A DNA stretch of 64,000 bases from Candidatus Latescibacterota bacterium (GTDB taxonomy: Bacteria > Latescibacterota > UBA2968): NCBI GenBank assembly GCA_965207885.1, contig OZ242311.1:736001-800000 (forward strand), written 5' to 3'. Position 1 is the stretch's first letter. Each line of letters starts with the position of its first letter. A program made the translations under genes and the position numbers. The notes beneath the pieces are model-generated. The model did no database searches. It was not told where the DNA came from and saw nothing but the letters and a program-made list of their open reading frames with translations. Positions 30,707 through 39,875 of this stretch are shown here, one piece after another.

Positions 30707-31366
30707 TTATGGTATTGCGATGACGCGAGCCGGTGCGCCATCGGCTTCGGGGATTTTTAAGGGCAGGGCGAAGAAGGATACGCGGTCTGTTGCTATCCTG
30801 CCCGTGTTGCAGATGTATTCGATGAGGATGATGCCTTCGCGCAAGAGTATGTCGTGGGTTACGAATTCGGAAAGGGGTGCTCTCTCGCCACTGAGCAACT
30901 GGCGAATGGGGTAGTCCTGGGGAAAGTCAAATGCGATGGCGCGGATGTTTTGTGCGCGTAGCCATTTTGCGGCGGCGCGCGACATGTAGGGTGCGCGGGT
31001 CCAGAATTCGGGGGTTTGATGCGATTCTACTTCGTCCCACCGCGTTTTCATGACGACGATGTCTCCAGGCCGTATGTGCTGTCCGGCAGCGCGAATCTGT
31101 GCTTCGGTGATCGGCGTTTCCGGCGCGATGCCCGAGAGATCGACGACTGCGGCTTGTCCCACGATTTGGTCGAGTTCGGTTTCGCTGGTGGTGGGTCCTT
31201 CCGGGAACATGTGGCGAGGCGCATCGACGTGCGTAAATCCGTGGACGGCCCATCCCATGTGGGTCACTTGCGCCATGTCGCCGGTTTCAAAACTGCTTTT
31301 GAGGCTGCGCTCAACGGGCCAGCGGAAGTGGTCGGCAATGGGCATGGTGAGGTCGATGATGGGCAT
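30707..31366 (-). CDS. Cyclase family (kynurenine formamidase-like) metal hydrolase
   Basis: HGFTHVDAPRH, ALPLKI..ADGAPARVIA. Confidence 0.88.
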   Translation of the reverse strand: MPIIDLTMPIADHFRWPVERSLKSSFETGDMAQVTHMGWAVHGFTHVDAPRHMFPEGPTTSETELDQIVGQAAVVDLSGIAPETPITEAQIRAAGQHIRPGDIVVMKTRWDEVESHQTPEFWTRAPYMSRAAAKWLRAQNIRAIAFDFPQDYPIRQLLSGERAPLSEFVTHDILLREGIILIEYICNTGRIATDRVSFFALPLKIPEADGAPARVIAIP

Positions 31367-31368
31367 TG

Positions 31369-31974
31369 TTAGATGTTTTCACGCGTTTCGAGCAGGGCTA
31401 TGATTTGCAATGCGGCTTCTTGTGGGGTGGTGTCAACGGTGTGTATGACGAGTTCGGGGTTTTCAGGGGGTTCATAGGGGTCAGAGATGCCGGTGAAGTT
31501 GGGTATTTCACCTGTGCGCGCTTTTTTGTACAGGCCCTTTGGGTCGCGTTCTTCACATACGTCGAGCGGGGTGTTGATGAATACTTCGATGAAGTCTTTG
31601 TCTTCCATGAGTTCGCGCACGCCGTCGCGGTCGGTGCGATAGGGGCTTACAAAGCTGGATAGGGTGATGATGCCAGCGTCGGCAAAGAGTTTGCCGACTT
31701 CGCCGATGCGGCGGATGTTTTCAGCGCGGTCTTCGGCTGAGAATCCGAGGTTTTTGTTGAGTCCGTGGCGGATGTTGTCGCCGTCGAGTACGTAGGCCAT
31801 GCGCCCGCGTTCGATCAGGGCGTGTTCCGTGGTGAATGCGATGGTGCTTTTGCCGGAGCTGGGCAGTCCGGTGAGCCAGATGAGTGCGCCTTTTTGTTCG
31901 AGCAGGTCTTCGCGCTGTTTGCGCGCGACATGGCCTTCGTGCCAGACGATGTTGGTGGCTTTGACTTCGGTCAA
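31369..31974 (-). CDS. cysC: Adenylyl-sulfate kinase
   Basis: WLTGLPSSGKST, LDGDNIRHGL, RDPKGLYKKAR. Confidence 0.96.
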   Translation of the reverse strand: MTEVKATNIVWHEGHVARKQREDLLEQKGALIWLTGLPSSGKSTIAFTTEHALIERGRMAYVLDGDNIRHGLNKNLGFSAEDRAENIRRIGEVGKLFADAGIITLSSFVSPYRTDRDGVRELMEDKDFIEVFINTPLDVCEERDPKGLYKKARTGEIPNFTGISDPYEPPENPELVIHTVDTTPQEAALQIIALLETRENI

Positions 31975-32202
31975 GAGATTCCTCCTGGTAAAGATTAAAA
32001 TGCGTTTTGGACGCTTTAAGATACCAAATTTTGGGTGTGAGGATGTAAGAATATTTAGTAGTCAGTAGTCAGTGTGGAGGCGAGGCATGCCTCGCCCGTC
32101 ATTGCGGCATGCTGTAAGCCGCAATCCAGTGGTTTTTTTTATTGTTGTTATACTCCTTGTGGTATAATTTAACGTTTAAACAACGAGACAGGAGGGAAAG
32201 CC

Positions 32203-33369
32203 ATGGCCGAGCGTAAGAAAATTGCAGCGGTGATTACGTCGTATTTCCCGCGGTCACATGCCGATGTGATTGTGACGAAGTTTTTGAAGGGGTTTCCAAC
32301 AGATAATGGGTTGCTTTCGCCAGAGGTGGATGTGGTGTCGATGTATCTGGATCAGGTGCATTTCGGACAGGATATCGGGTGCGCGATTGCAGAGGAATTC
32401 GATGTGCCGATGTATGGGAGTATTAATCAGGCGTTGACTTTGGGCGGTGATAAGCTGGCGGTGGATGGGGTGTTGCTGATTGGCGAGCACGGCGATTATC
32501 CCTGGAATGAGAAGGAGCAACATATGTATCCCCGCAAGTATTTTTTTGAGCAGATTTGCGGGGTGTTCGCTTCGTCGGGGCGGTCTGTGCCGGTGTTTAG
32601 CGATAAGCATCTTTCGTATAATTGGCACGATGCAAAGTGGATGTGTGATCGCGCGCGGGAGCTGGAGGTGCCGTTTATGGCGGGGTCGTCTCTGCCGCTT
32701 GCATGGCGCAAGCCGTGGCTTGAGTATGAGTTGGATACGGAGATTGAGACGGCGATGTCGGTGGCTTTTGGGGGGCTTGATTCTTATGGTTTTCACGCGT
32801 TGGAGACGCTGCAGTGTATGGTTGAGCGCCGCGCGGGTGGAGAGACGGGGATTGTGGCGGTGCAGTGTCTGGAGGGGGATGATGTCTGGGCGTCGGATGC
32901 GTGGGATCGCGATTTGTACGCGGCGGCGATAGCGCATATTGAGGCGAAGGAAGATGGCGATGCGCGCGAGCATTGCGAGAATCCGGCTGTTTTTTTGATA
33001 GAGTATGCAGATGGGTTGAGGGCGGCGACGTTTATGTTGAATGGGTACACGCGAGGGTGGGGTTTTGCGGCGCGGCGCAATGGCGCAGTGGATAATATGC
33101 GCGTTTTTTTGCCGGATAATCCGCATGCGCATTTCAGTTATTTGAGTTTGAATATTCAGCAGATGTTTTTGACGGGTAAGTCTCAGTATCCGGTTGAGCG
33201 CACGTTGCTGATTTCCGGTGCGCTGGAGGCGTTGATAGATTCGCGGTATGAGGGGTACAGGCGGATTGAGACGCCGCATCTGGATATATCTTATCGTTCT
33301 TATGAGGAGATGCCGATTCGGCCCACGAATCCCGATCCGATAGGCGCGAGTTTGGTGCCGTTTGATTAA
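32203..33369 (+). CDS. Conserved hypothetical oxidoreductase-like protein
   Basis: Long ORF with RBS GGAGG; GEHGDYP, FSDKHLS, YGFHALE (Gfo/Idh-like pattern). Confidence 0.7.
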   Translation: MAERKKIAAVITSYFPRSHADVIVTKFLKGFPTDNGLLSPEVDVVSMYLDQVHFGQDIGCAIAEEFDVPMYGSINQALTLGGDKLAVDGVLLIGEHGDYPWNEKEQHMYPRKYFFEQICGVFASSGRSVPVFSDKHLSYNWHDAKWMCDRARELEVPFMAGSSLPLAWRKPWLEYELDTEIETAMSVAFGGLDSYGFHALETLQCMVERRAGGETGIVAVQCLEGDDVWASDAWDRDLYAAAIAHIEAKEDGDAREHCENPAVFLIEYADGLRAATFMLNGYTRGWGFAARRNGAVDNMRVFLPDNPHAHFSYLSLNIQQMFLTGKSQYPVERTLLISGALEALIDSRYEGYRRIETPHLDISYRSYEEMPIRPTNPDPIGASLVPFD

Positions 33370-33486
33370 TTTGTGTCTCTGTTCGAATGTCATTGCGGTA
33401 TGGTCCCCTGCTTAAATCATGCAGGGGCATGCTTGAGCCGCCACGCGAAGCATGACGCCAGTAATCCAGTGTTTTTTGGAAAACCT

Positions 33487-33846
33487 ATGGGCGATTCCTT
33501 ATTGCTAAAGTGTGTTAAAAATCCCGAGCGCGAGCGGGTTTATACGATTGATTTTGAGACGTCGGAGTTTACGGCGCTGTACGCGGTGACAGGGCAGCCG
33601 ATTTTTGCCGCGATTTCGATTTCTTATGTGCCAGGAGAGGTGTGTGTGGAGCAGATGTCGTTGAAGCGGTATTTGGGATCGTTTCGGGATGAGAAGGTGT
33701 TTTACGAGGGAGCGGTTAATAAAATTGTGGATGATTTTGTAGCGGCGTGCGATCCTCTATCGTTAGATGTGACAGGTGATTTTACGGTACGAGGTGGGAT
33801 TGAGACGCGGGTGTCTGTGGCGTATGAGCGCGAGGATGAGGTATGA
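33487..33846 (+). CDS. QueF-like T-fold protein lacking the catalytic Cys/Asp
   Basis: EFTALYAVTGQPIFA in place of EFTSLCPxTGQPDFA; SLK.Y..SFR and RGG retained. Confidence 0.8.
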   Translation: MGDSLLLKCVKNPERERVYTIDFETSEFTALYAVTGQPIFAAISISYVPGEVCVEQMSLKRYLGSFRDEKVFYEGAVNKIVDDFVAACDPLSLDVTGDFTVRGGIETRVSVAYEREDEV

Positions 33847-34193
33847 GTGTGTTAGAGGCGTTTGACAATCCGAATCCAGAGCGGCGTTATACGATTGAGT
33901 TTACGTTTCCGGAGTTTACGTCGCTGTGTCCCAAGACGGGGCAGCCGGATTTTGCGACGATTGTGATCTGGTATGTTCCGGGTCCGCGGTGTGTGGAGTT
34001 GCGGTCGCTGAAGCACTATTTCTGGTCGTTCCGAGATCAGGGGATTTATATGGAGCCTGTGACGAATCAGATTTTGAACGATCTGGTAGATCTGTGCGAT
34101 CCGATTGAGATGGAGGTGATCAGCCGTTTCAATATTCGCGGTGGTGTAGATCACGAGATTACGGCGTCGTATCAGCGGGCAGATGAGGGGTAG
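33843..34193 (+). CDS. queF: preQ1 synthase / nitrile reductase QueF (type I)
   Basis: EFTSLCPKTGQPDFA, ELRSLKHY, RGG. Confidence 0.85.
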   Translation: MSVLEAFDNPNPERRYTIEFTFPEFTSLCPKTGQPDFATIVIWYVPGPRCVELRSLKHYFWSFRDQGIYMEPVTNQILNDLVDLCDPIEMEVISRFNIRGGVDHEITASYQRADEG

Positions 34194-36111
34194 AGAAACC
34201 CCGCTCATTCTCACCCACCGCAGGCTTCGACGCACCGAAGATCACATCAACCCCTCTGCCTTGAAGGGCTGGAATGTGCGTGTTGATTGATGTGGCACTT
34301 AGCGGGTTTCCTCTCAAATCAACCCTATCTTCACTGCTCAATCCCGTATTTGCCACTAATGGCGAGATATCCACGATGGTGTTGTAGTTAAGATATAGCC
34401 ATTTCAGACCGGTCAAGCCTGAGAGTACCGATATGTCCGAGATGGTGTTGCGCGAAAGACTTAGCCCCGTCAGATAGTTTAAGCCCGCCAGTGCCGAGAC
34501 ATCCGAGATCGCGTTTTCGCCAAGCGCCAGATATACCAGATTTGTCAAGTTCGCCAGTGCCGAGACATCTGAGATCGCGTTTTCGCCAAGCGCCAGTATT
34601 ATCAGGTTGGTCAAGCCTGCCAGTGCCGACACATCTGAGATCGCGTTGCCGCCAAGCCCCAGCCTTTCCAACCTGGTCAAGCCCGCCAGTGCCGAGACAT
34701 CTGAGATCGCGTTGCCGCCAAGCCCCAGCACTATCAGGTTGGTCAAGCCCGCCAGTGCCGACACGTCCGAGATGTTGTTAGAGCTAAGATCCAGTCCTAT
34801 CAGGTTGGTCAAGCCTGCCAGTGCCGACACGTCCGAGATGTTGTTAGAGATAAAATTCAGCCCTTCCAGATTTGTCAAGTTCGCAAGCGGCGATATATCC
34901 GAGGTAAAGTTGTCTCTAAGATCCAGTCGTTTCAGATTTGTCAAGTTCGCAAGCGGCGATATATCCGAGGTAAAGTTGTCTCTAAGATCCAGTTCTTCCA
35001 GATTTGTTAAGTTCACAAGCGGCGATATATCCGAGATTAAGTTATGCCGTAGCCATAGCGTTGTCAGACTGGTCAAGTGCCCCAGCGCGGATACATCTGT
35101 AAGGCCAGTGAAGGAAAGCTCCAGGCTTGTCAGGTTGGTCAGGCTTGATAATGGCGAGAGGTCGTATATACGGTTACTATTACTCCAACCTGCATCAAAC
35201 ACGTGCTCCATACCAAGATTTAAACTTGTCAGACGAGTTGCAAACTCCAGTCCGGTCAAATCTCTGATGTTCGAGTTCGGCACTTCCAGAACGGTCAAGC
35301 TCGCTATCTCCCTCCTTCTGATCGGCGCACCACTCGCCTTGCCCAGACTGTCCGCAATGACCGCACGCAGGTTTGCATCTGGAATGTCAACGATCAATGT
35401 ACTGCCACCGCCAGAAGAAGGCCCTCCTTTGCCAAAGCTGCTGCTAAAAAGCAGAAAATCGCCAAAGCCAATCGCACCATCGCTGTTCAGATCGTACTTC
35501 GCTTCATATCGCCCATCGCCCTGATGTGCCCCAAACTGACCCGCAAACGCTAAAAAGTCGGAAAAATTAACCATACCATCGCCGTCGAAGTCCGATGTGA
35601 GGGCTTGAAACTGTAACTCAACGCGCGTATTCAGGGTTACAGCCTCAAATTGCCCACCCCGACTGAGTTCTGCACGCACCAACCGAATTGCCGTGCCTGA
35701 AAATCCGGCTGTTGTGCGAAAGCGAACTGTACCCACCAGACCGCTGTTGGCAGTTGCTTGACCACCGAGAGATGCGATGCCAATCTCGACAAAACCTGTA
35801 CCTTGCTCTGGGAGTGCCTGAGCATTGGGCAATACGTCTCCCACGCCAAAGCCCTCGTAAGTCACTTGACTGGCATCGTATTCAAAGCGCACCGCAAGGC
35901 CGTTCGCATTTTGTATATCTTTGCCGAAGATCTGAATGGCGACAACCTGATCAGCAGACACATTGAGGGACGTGACCGCTTGATCACCCGCGGTATCATT
36001 TACATCCAGCGATAGGGAAAAGCTATTTTGTGCCGAAAGAGACGGGGGGTGTATCAGAAGCGCGAGTATTGATAAAATTGATAGAATTAGATTCCGCATC
36101 GGTTTCTGCAT
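34159..36111 (-). CDS. Secreted cohesin-like + EF-hand/dockerin-like + internalin-like LRR protein
   Basis: Signal peptide; beta-rich N-domain; DFDGDGMVNFSDF/DLNSDGAIGFGDF pair; IPDANLR cap and ~14 22-aa LRRs. Confidence 0.85.
   Translation of the reverse strand: MQKPMRNLILSILSILALLIHPPSLSAQNSFSLSLDVNDTAGDQAVTSLNVSADQVVAIQIFGKDIQNANGLAVRFEYDASQVTYEGFGVGDVLPNAQALPEQGTGFVEIGIASLGGQATANSGLVGTVRFRTTAGFSGTAIRLVRAELSRGGQFEAVTLNTRVELQFQALTSDFDGDGMVNFSDFLAFAGQFGAHQGDGRYEAKYDLNSDGAIGFGDFLLFSSSFGKGGPSSGGGSTLIVDIPDANLRAVIADSLGKASGAPIRRREIASLTVLEVPNSNIRDLTGLEFATRLTSLNLGMEHVFDAGWSNSNRIYDLSPLSSLTNLTSLELSFTGLTDVSALGHLTSLTTLWLRHNLISDISPLVNLTNLEELDLRDNFTSDISPLANLTNLKRLDLRDNFTSDISPLANLTNLEGLNFISNNISDVSALAGLTNLIGLDLSSNNISDVSALAGLTNLIVLGLGGNAISDVSALAGLTRLERLGLGGNAISDVSALAGLTNLIILALGENAISDVSALANLTNLVYLALGENAISDVSALAGLNYLTGLSLSRNTISDISVLSGLTGLKWLYLNYNTIVDISPLVANTGLSSEDRVDLRGNPLSATSINTHIPALQGRGVDVIFGASKPAVGENERGFSTPHLPADTTP
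34400..35160 (-). repeat. 66-bp tandem coding repeats (LRR units)
   Basis: Recurring GCCAGTGCCGA(G/C)AC(A/G)TC(T/C)GAGAT and GCAAGCGGCGATATATCCGAGGTAAAGTTGTCTCTAAGATCCAGT at 66-bp spacing. Confidence 0.9.
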
Positions 36112-36187
36112 GAGTTACAAATTCCTTTTGATTAAAACTGACTGCTTGTTTTTCTCACGGTTGACCGCTAATCGCTGACAGCTTATT

Positions 36188-36871
36188 TTAGTTATTTATC
36201 GCCAGTCGCGTCGCTTCTAAGAACGTTTCGTAGTTCCAAGAACCATTAAGCTTACGGACAATCACACCCCTGGCGTCCAGAAAGAAAGATGTGGGATAGC
36301 CTGTAACCTCATACGCATTGTTCACTTCTCCCGTCGAGTCGAGAACAAAAGTCCAGGTGTACCCGTATCCTGTGACAAAACGCTGCACCTGGATGCGTGT
36401 TTCTCGTACGTCAATGCCGACGATCTGGATAGAGTCGCCCATGGTATTTTGCAATTTTTGCATGGCGGGCATTTCAATAATACAGGGACTACACCAGGTT
36501 GCCCAGAAGTTGAGGAATACGGGTTTGCCGCGCTGTTCATAGAGGTTGAATGATTCGCCAGTGAGGGTTCTCAGCGTAAAGTCAGGGGCTTGCATCCCAA
36601 CTTGAATACCAACGGGAGCTGTTGGGACAGGTGTGGTTGTTGTTTCCTGCCCGTAGAATTGGGCAAAAATGACAAAGTCCCGAAAATCGACTGCGCCATC
36701 CCCGTTCAGGTCAAACCGGGTCTGGGTTGTCCCATACCCCTGTGAAAATGCGATAAAATCGGCAAAATCCACTTTGCCGCTGTTATTGAAATCGCAATCT
36801 GATGGGGTTGCCGCTGCGTGTACATAGGCAGGTAGGAGCAGTAATATCAATGTGAGGACATACTTAAACAT
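36188..36871 (-). CDS. Secreted TlpA/ResA-like thiol-disulfide oxidoreductase with N-terminal EF-hand/dockerin-like tag
   Basis: NFWATWCSPC, YPTSFF; DFNNSGKVDFADF/DLNGDGAVDFRDF. Confidence 0.88.
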   Translation of the reverse strand: MFKYVLTLILLLLPAYVHAAATPSDCDFNNSGKVDFADFIAFSQGYGTTQTRFDLNGDGAVDFRDFVIFAQFYGQETTTTPVPTAPVGIQVGMQAPDFTLRTLTGESFNLYEQRGKPVFLNFWATWCSPCIIEMPAMQKLQNTMGDSIQIVGIDVRETRIQVQRFVTGYGYTWTFVLDSTGEVNNAYEVTGYPTSFFLDARGVIVRKLNGSWNYETFLEATRLAINN

Positions 36872-37169
36872 GAGCATACCTCCAGAAAATGCAGGCATAT
36901 TCATTTAAAAGTAGCAGGCAACTTTCGTGCCAAAAGTATCTTTTCTATTTAATAATATTATGCGAAATAATTTTTAAAAAAATAGCCAATTAAAAACTCG
37001 TTGTCAAGATTAGAGTGCGAAATAATTAGCAGTATTTTTGATGTCCAGAATGAATGCCCACAATCGGACCATCCACAAAATAAAAAGCAAGCGTGAAGCA
37101 TGCCCAAATCATTCAGATGAGAGACGTGAAGGGTAATAAAATTAGTGCAACGACGAAGGGAGTATATGT

Positions 37170-38489
37170 TTGATGTGCGTTCCCAAGGATAGGATACATG
37201 TGTCAGATCTGGCGCGTGAGATTGAGCGTCTAATTGCACAGGGTGAATTGTGGCCGGGCTTTGATCCGCTCGCGATTCCTCTTGTTTTTTATGACGGTGA
37301 CGATACATACCTTTTTCGGTGTTCGGAGGTTCCCGAGGGTTTCAGGGAGATGCGGGTTGGTGAATGCGATGTGTTCGTGTACGATGGACGCTATCCCGTC
37401 GTGACTGCCAGCAGTGTTGTCGAGATTGAGGGAACGCCGGCAGCCAGTGTTATGTTCGATGGATCGGCAAATCAATCGCCGACAGTTATAGCTTCGTTAG
37501 CAATTCACGAGGCATTTCATGTCTATCAACAGGCTTGTCATCCCACCTGGCAGGGAAACGAAACTGTGCTTTATCTTTATCCGGTGGATGATGCGGATTT
37601 GCTGTCTCTTCGGCGGATGGAGACAGAGGCGTTGCGACGGGCGCTCGCTGCGAATGGGTCCGAGGAGAAGCGATGTTGGACGTTGCGGGCACTCAGGGCG
37701 CGGCAGGATCGATATGCGGGGATGGATCCGGAGTTTTCTACCTATGAACGGGGTACAGAGTTGCTGGAAGGACTTGCCTCTTATGTGGAGGCGATGTCTG
37801 TGGGACAGATGAGTGTGGATTTGCCACGGGAGGGTTATGCCGCGAATGAGGTGCGCGGACGCTGCTACGAGATAGGGCATGCGCTTGCGGTTTTGCTCGA
37901 TGCGTTTGCGCCAATGTGGAAGACGGTGTTTGAAGCGGATGATGAGCAGGCGTTGGATTTATATCTCGCGGAAGTTCTCGAAAAGAGAGATGGGGGGCGT
38001 CAGTGTGGTGACTTTACCGAGGCGGAGATCGCGCATTTTGAAGCTGTTGCGAAAGAAGATGTGCAAGATCTGCTTGCACAGCGGTCTGAGGAAAAGCGGG
38101 CGTTTGATTCACAGGCGGGAATGCGCTTGTCTGTTATAGCACCTGATACAGTTCCTCTGCGGGCGAGCGGTTGGGATCCCAGTAATCTCATGATTGTAGA
38201 GGGGGGTGTTCTTCATACGCGGTTCGTTAATATCCGTCACGAGAGTGGTCAAGTAGAGATGCTGACGGATAGGATGGATGATGTTGTGGCGCTGACTGTG
38301 GCAAAGGGTCCCCATCCGCTGATGAATGGCGTTCTGAGGTTGACGATAGCGGGGCTTGATGCATTAGAGGTGGTGTCTGACGGCGAGGCGGTGAATATTT
38401 CTGGCTCTGGCCTGACCGCCCAATTCACCAATGCAACCGTGGATGAAAATGATGGGCAGGTTACTGTATATCTGGATAAGCAGAACTGA
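37170..38489 (+). CDS. Hypothetical protein, putative zinc metallopeptidase
   Basis: IHEAFHVYQ (HExxH) and downstream EGLASYVE; start uncertain. Confidence 0.6.
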   Translation: MMCVPKDRIHVSDLAREIERLIAQGELWPGFDPLAIPLVFYDGDDTYLFRCSEVPEGFREMRVGECDVFVYDGRYPVVTASSVVEIEGTPAASVMFDGSANQSPTVIASLAIHEAFHVYQQACHPTWQGNETVLYLYPVDDADLLSLRRMETEALRRALAANGSEEKRCWTLRALRARQDRYAGMDPEFSTYERGTELLEGLASYVEAMSVGQMSVDLPREGYAANEVRGRCYEIGHALAVLLDAFAPMWKTVFEADDEQALDLYLAEVLEKRDGGRQCGDFTEAEIAHFEAVAKEDVQDLLAQRSEEKRAFDSQAGMRLSVIAPDTVPLRASGWDPSNLMIVEGGVLHTRFVNIRHESGQVEMLTDRMDDVVALTVAKGPHPLMNGVLRLTIAGLDALEVVSDGEAVNISGSGLTAQFTNATVDENDGQVTVYLDKQN

Positions 38490-38519
38490 GCATTTTTACG
38501 AAAAAAAAGCCCATAGGAC

Positions 38520-38548
38520 TTGCTTTAGTCTAAAAGGTCTGTTATAAT
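38520..38548 (+). promoter_or_regulatory. Sigma70 promoter with extended -10
   Basis: TTGCTT-N17-TATAAT preceded by TGn. Confidence 0.7.
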
Positions 38549-38592
38549 TCCATAGACGGAGTATAGACCACTACACACGAAGAAAGAAACCC

Positions 38593-38880
38593 ATGCAGAT
38601 TCCGACACCACAAGACAAACTGTCCGAAATGGACGCCCGCCTGGCGCGCGTCGAGGGAATTGCTGAACAAATGAACACGCGCTTAACTAGCCTTGAAACC
38701 CGCGTTGACAACGGCTTTTCCAATATAGACACCCGGTTGACCAACATGGATACCCGGTTGACCAACATGGACACTCGCAATAACAGCAATTTCAGGTGGC
38801 TTATTGGCCTGCTAGTCGTTGTGTTGCTTGCAAATGTCGGTACAGCCGTTTCAATCATCATGACCTTTGCTAAGCCCTGA
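38593..38880 (+). CDS. Heptad-repeat coiled-coil protein with C-terminal TM helix
   Basis: RLARVEG..EQMNTRL, DTRLTNM repeats (21-bp units 38728-38777), FRWLIGLLVVVLL. Confidence 0.75.
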   Translation: MQIPTPQDKLSEMDARLARVEGIAEQMNTRLTSLETRVDNGFSNIDTRLTNMDTRLTNMDTRNNSNFRWLIGLLVVVLLANVGTAVSIIMTFAKP

Positions 38881-38927
38881 ACAGAAAAGGGCTTCTCGAA
38901 TGCGCCACTACAAATATGAAATTTCTC

Positions 38928-38958
38928 CCCCGGTCTCAATTTAAGATCGGGTTTTTTA
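38928..38958 (+). terminator. Intrinsic terminator
   Basis: CCCGGTCT...AGATCGGG hairpin followed by T-run. Confidence 0.6.
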
Positions 38959-39050
38959 TTTTATCACTTCACTTTATACTTTATTGCCGATACGTAAGTG
39001 CCTATAATTGGATTAGTGCAGTATCAATCGCATAAAAAGAGGAGAGAGTC

Positions 39051-39860
39051 ATGTCTGTGCTTACGGAAGACGAGATCCGTTTTTTCAAACGCGAAGGCTA
39101 TCTGGTGAAGAAGGGTGCTCTGGATCCCGAGTTGTGCGCCCGTGCGCGCGAGCGCCTGTGGGACGATCCGCCGCCGAGTCTGAAGAAAGACGATCCCGAT
39201 TCGTGGGTGGGTCCCATTAAGCCGGAAGAGGAATCAATGGATAGCAGCAATTACAAGCGCGGTTATCGCTGGCAATACCGCAAGGTGGGCAGAGAGCCCT
39301 GGATGGTCGAGTTGTTGGCAAAAAATCCGGTTGTGTGGGGTGCTGCGGAGCAGATGCTGGGTAAGAATAATTTCCCAGAGCCTACAGGTGTGCGCGGTAT
39401 TTATTGCACGTTGCCCTATGGTGATGTGGAGCGCCAACCGCGTCATTTGCATGTGGATGCCCATGCGTTCAATTTTGCAGTGGTGGGTTATATCGATCAC
39501 GTTCCCGAAGATGGCGGCGGTTTTACGGTGTGGCCCAAGAGCCATCGCACGTTTTTCTTCGATTACCAGACGCGCTATCTCAGGGAGCCATTGCCCCGGA
39601 TGGAGAAGCATAGAGAGGCGTTTCAATCTTGTGACGAGAATTCATATCAGACACATGGCGAACCCGGTGATATTGTTTTCTGGCATCACCGCATTGGGCA
39701 TATGGCGTCGGCCAATTATTCGCGGCAGATTCGAAAGGCGGTGTTGTACGATTTCAAGCTGAACGATATGCCCCAGCTTCAGGAAGAACCTCCGGGGGAT
39801 GATATCTGGGTCGATTGGACAGATGATGTACGGGATGTGTCGATTGAGGATGGGGAATGA
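39051..39860 (+). CDS. Phytanoyl-CoA dioxygenase (PhyH) family Fe/2OG enzyme, canonical HxD
   Basis: FFKREGYLV, LHVDAH, GGFTVWPKSH, GDIVFWH...H. Confidence 0.85.
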   Translation: MSVLTEDEIRFFKREGYLVKKGALDPELCARARERLWDDPPPSLKKDDPDSWVGPIKPEEESMDSSNYKRGYRWQYRKVGREPWMVELLAKNPVVWGAAEQMLGKNNFPEPTGVRGIYCTLPYGDVERQPRHLHVDAHAFNFAVVGYIDHVPEDGGGFTVWPKSHRTFFFDYQTRYLREPLPRMEKHREAFQSCDENSYQTHGEPGDIVFWHHRIGHMASANYSRQIRKAVLYDFKLNDMPQLQEEPPGDDIWVDWTDDVRDVSIEDGE

Positions 39861-39875
39861 GGGGAGGGTCATCGA

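Noticed and set aside
34400-35160. 66-bp periodic repeats as a CRISPR array or DGR target
   Set aside because: They are in-frame LRR units; variation is not adenine-specific and no reverse transcriptase is present
34607-35524. 305-aa plus-strand repetitive ORF
   Set aside because: Antisense shadow of the LRR gene
36958-37170. Hydrophobic minus-strand frame in the intergenic gap
   Set aside because: No convincing start or RBS and one frame has an internal stop; cannot be supported as a gene
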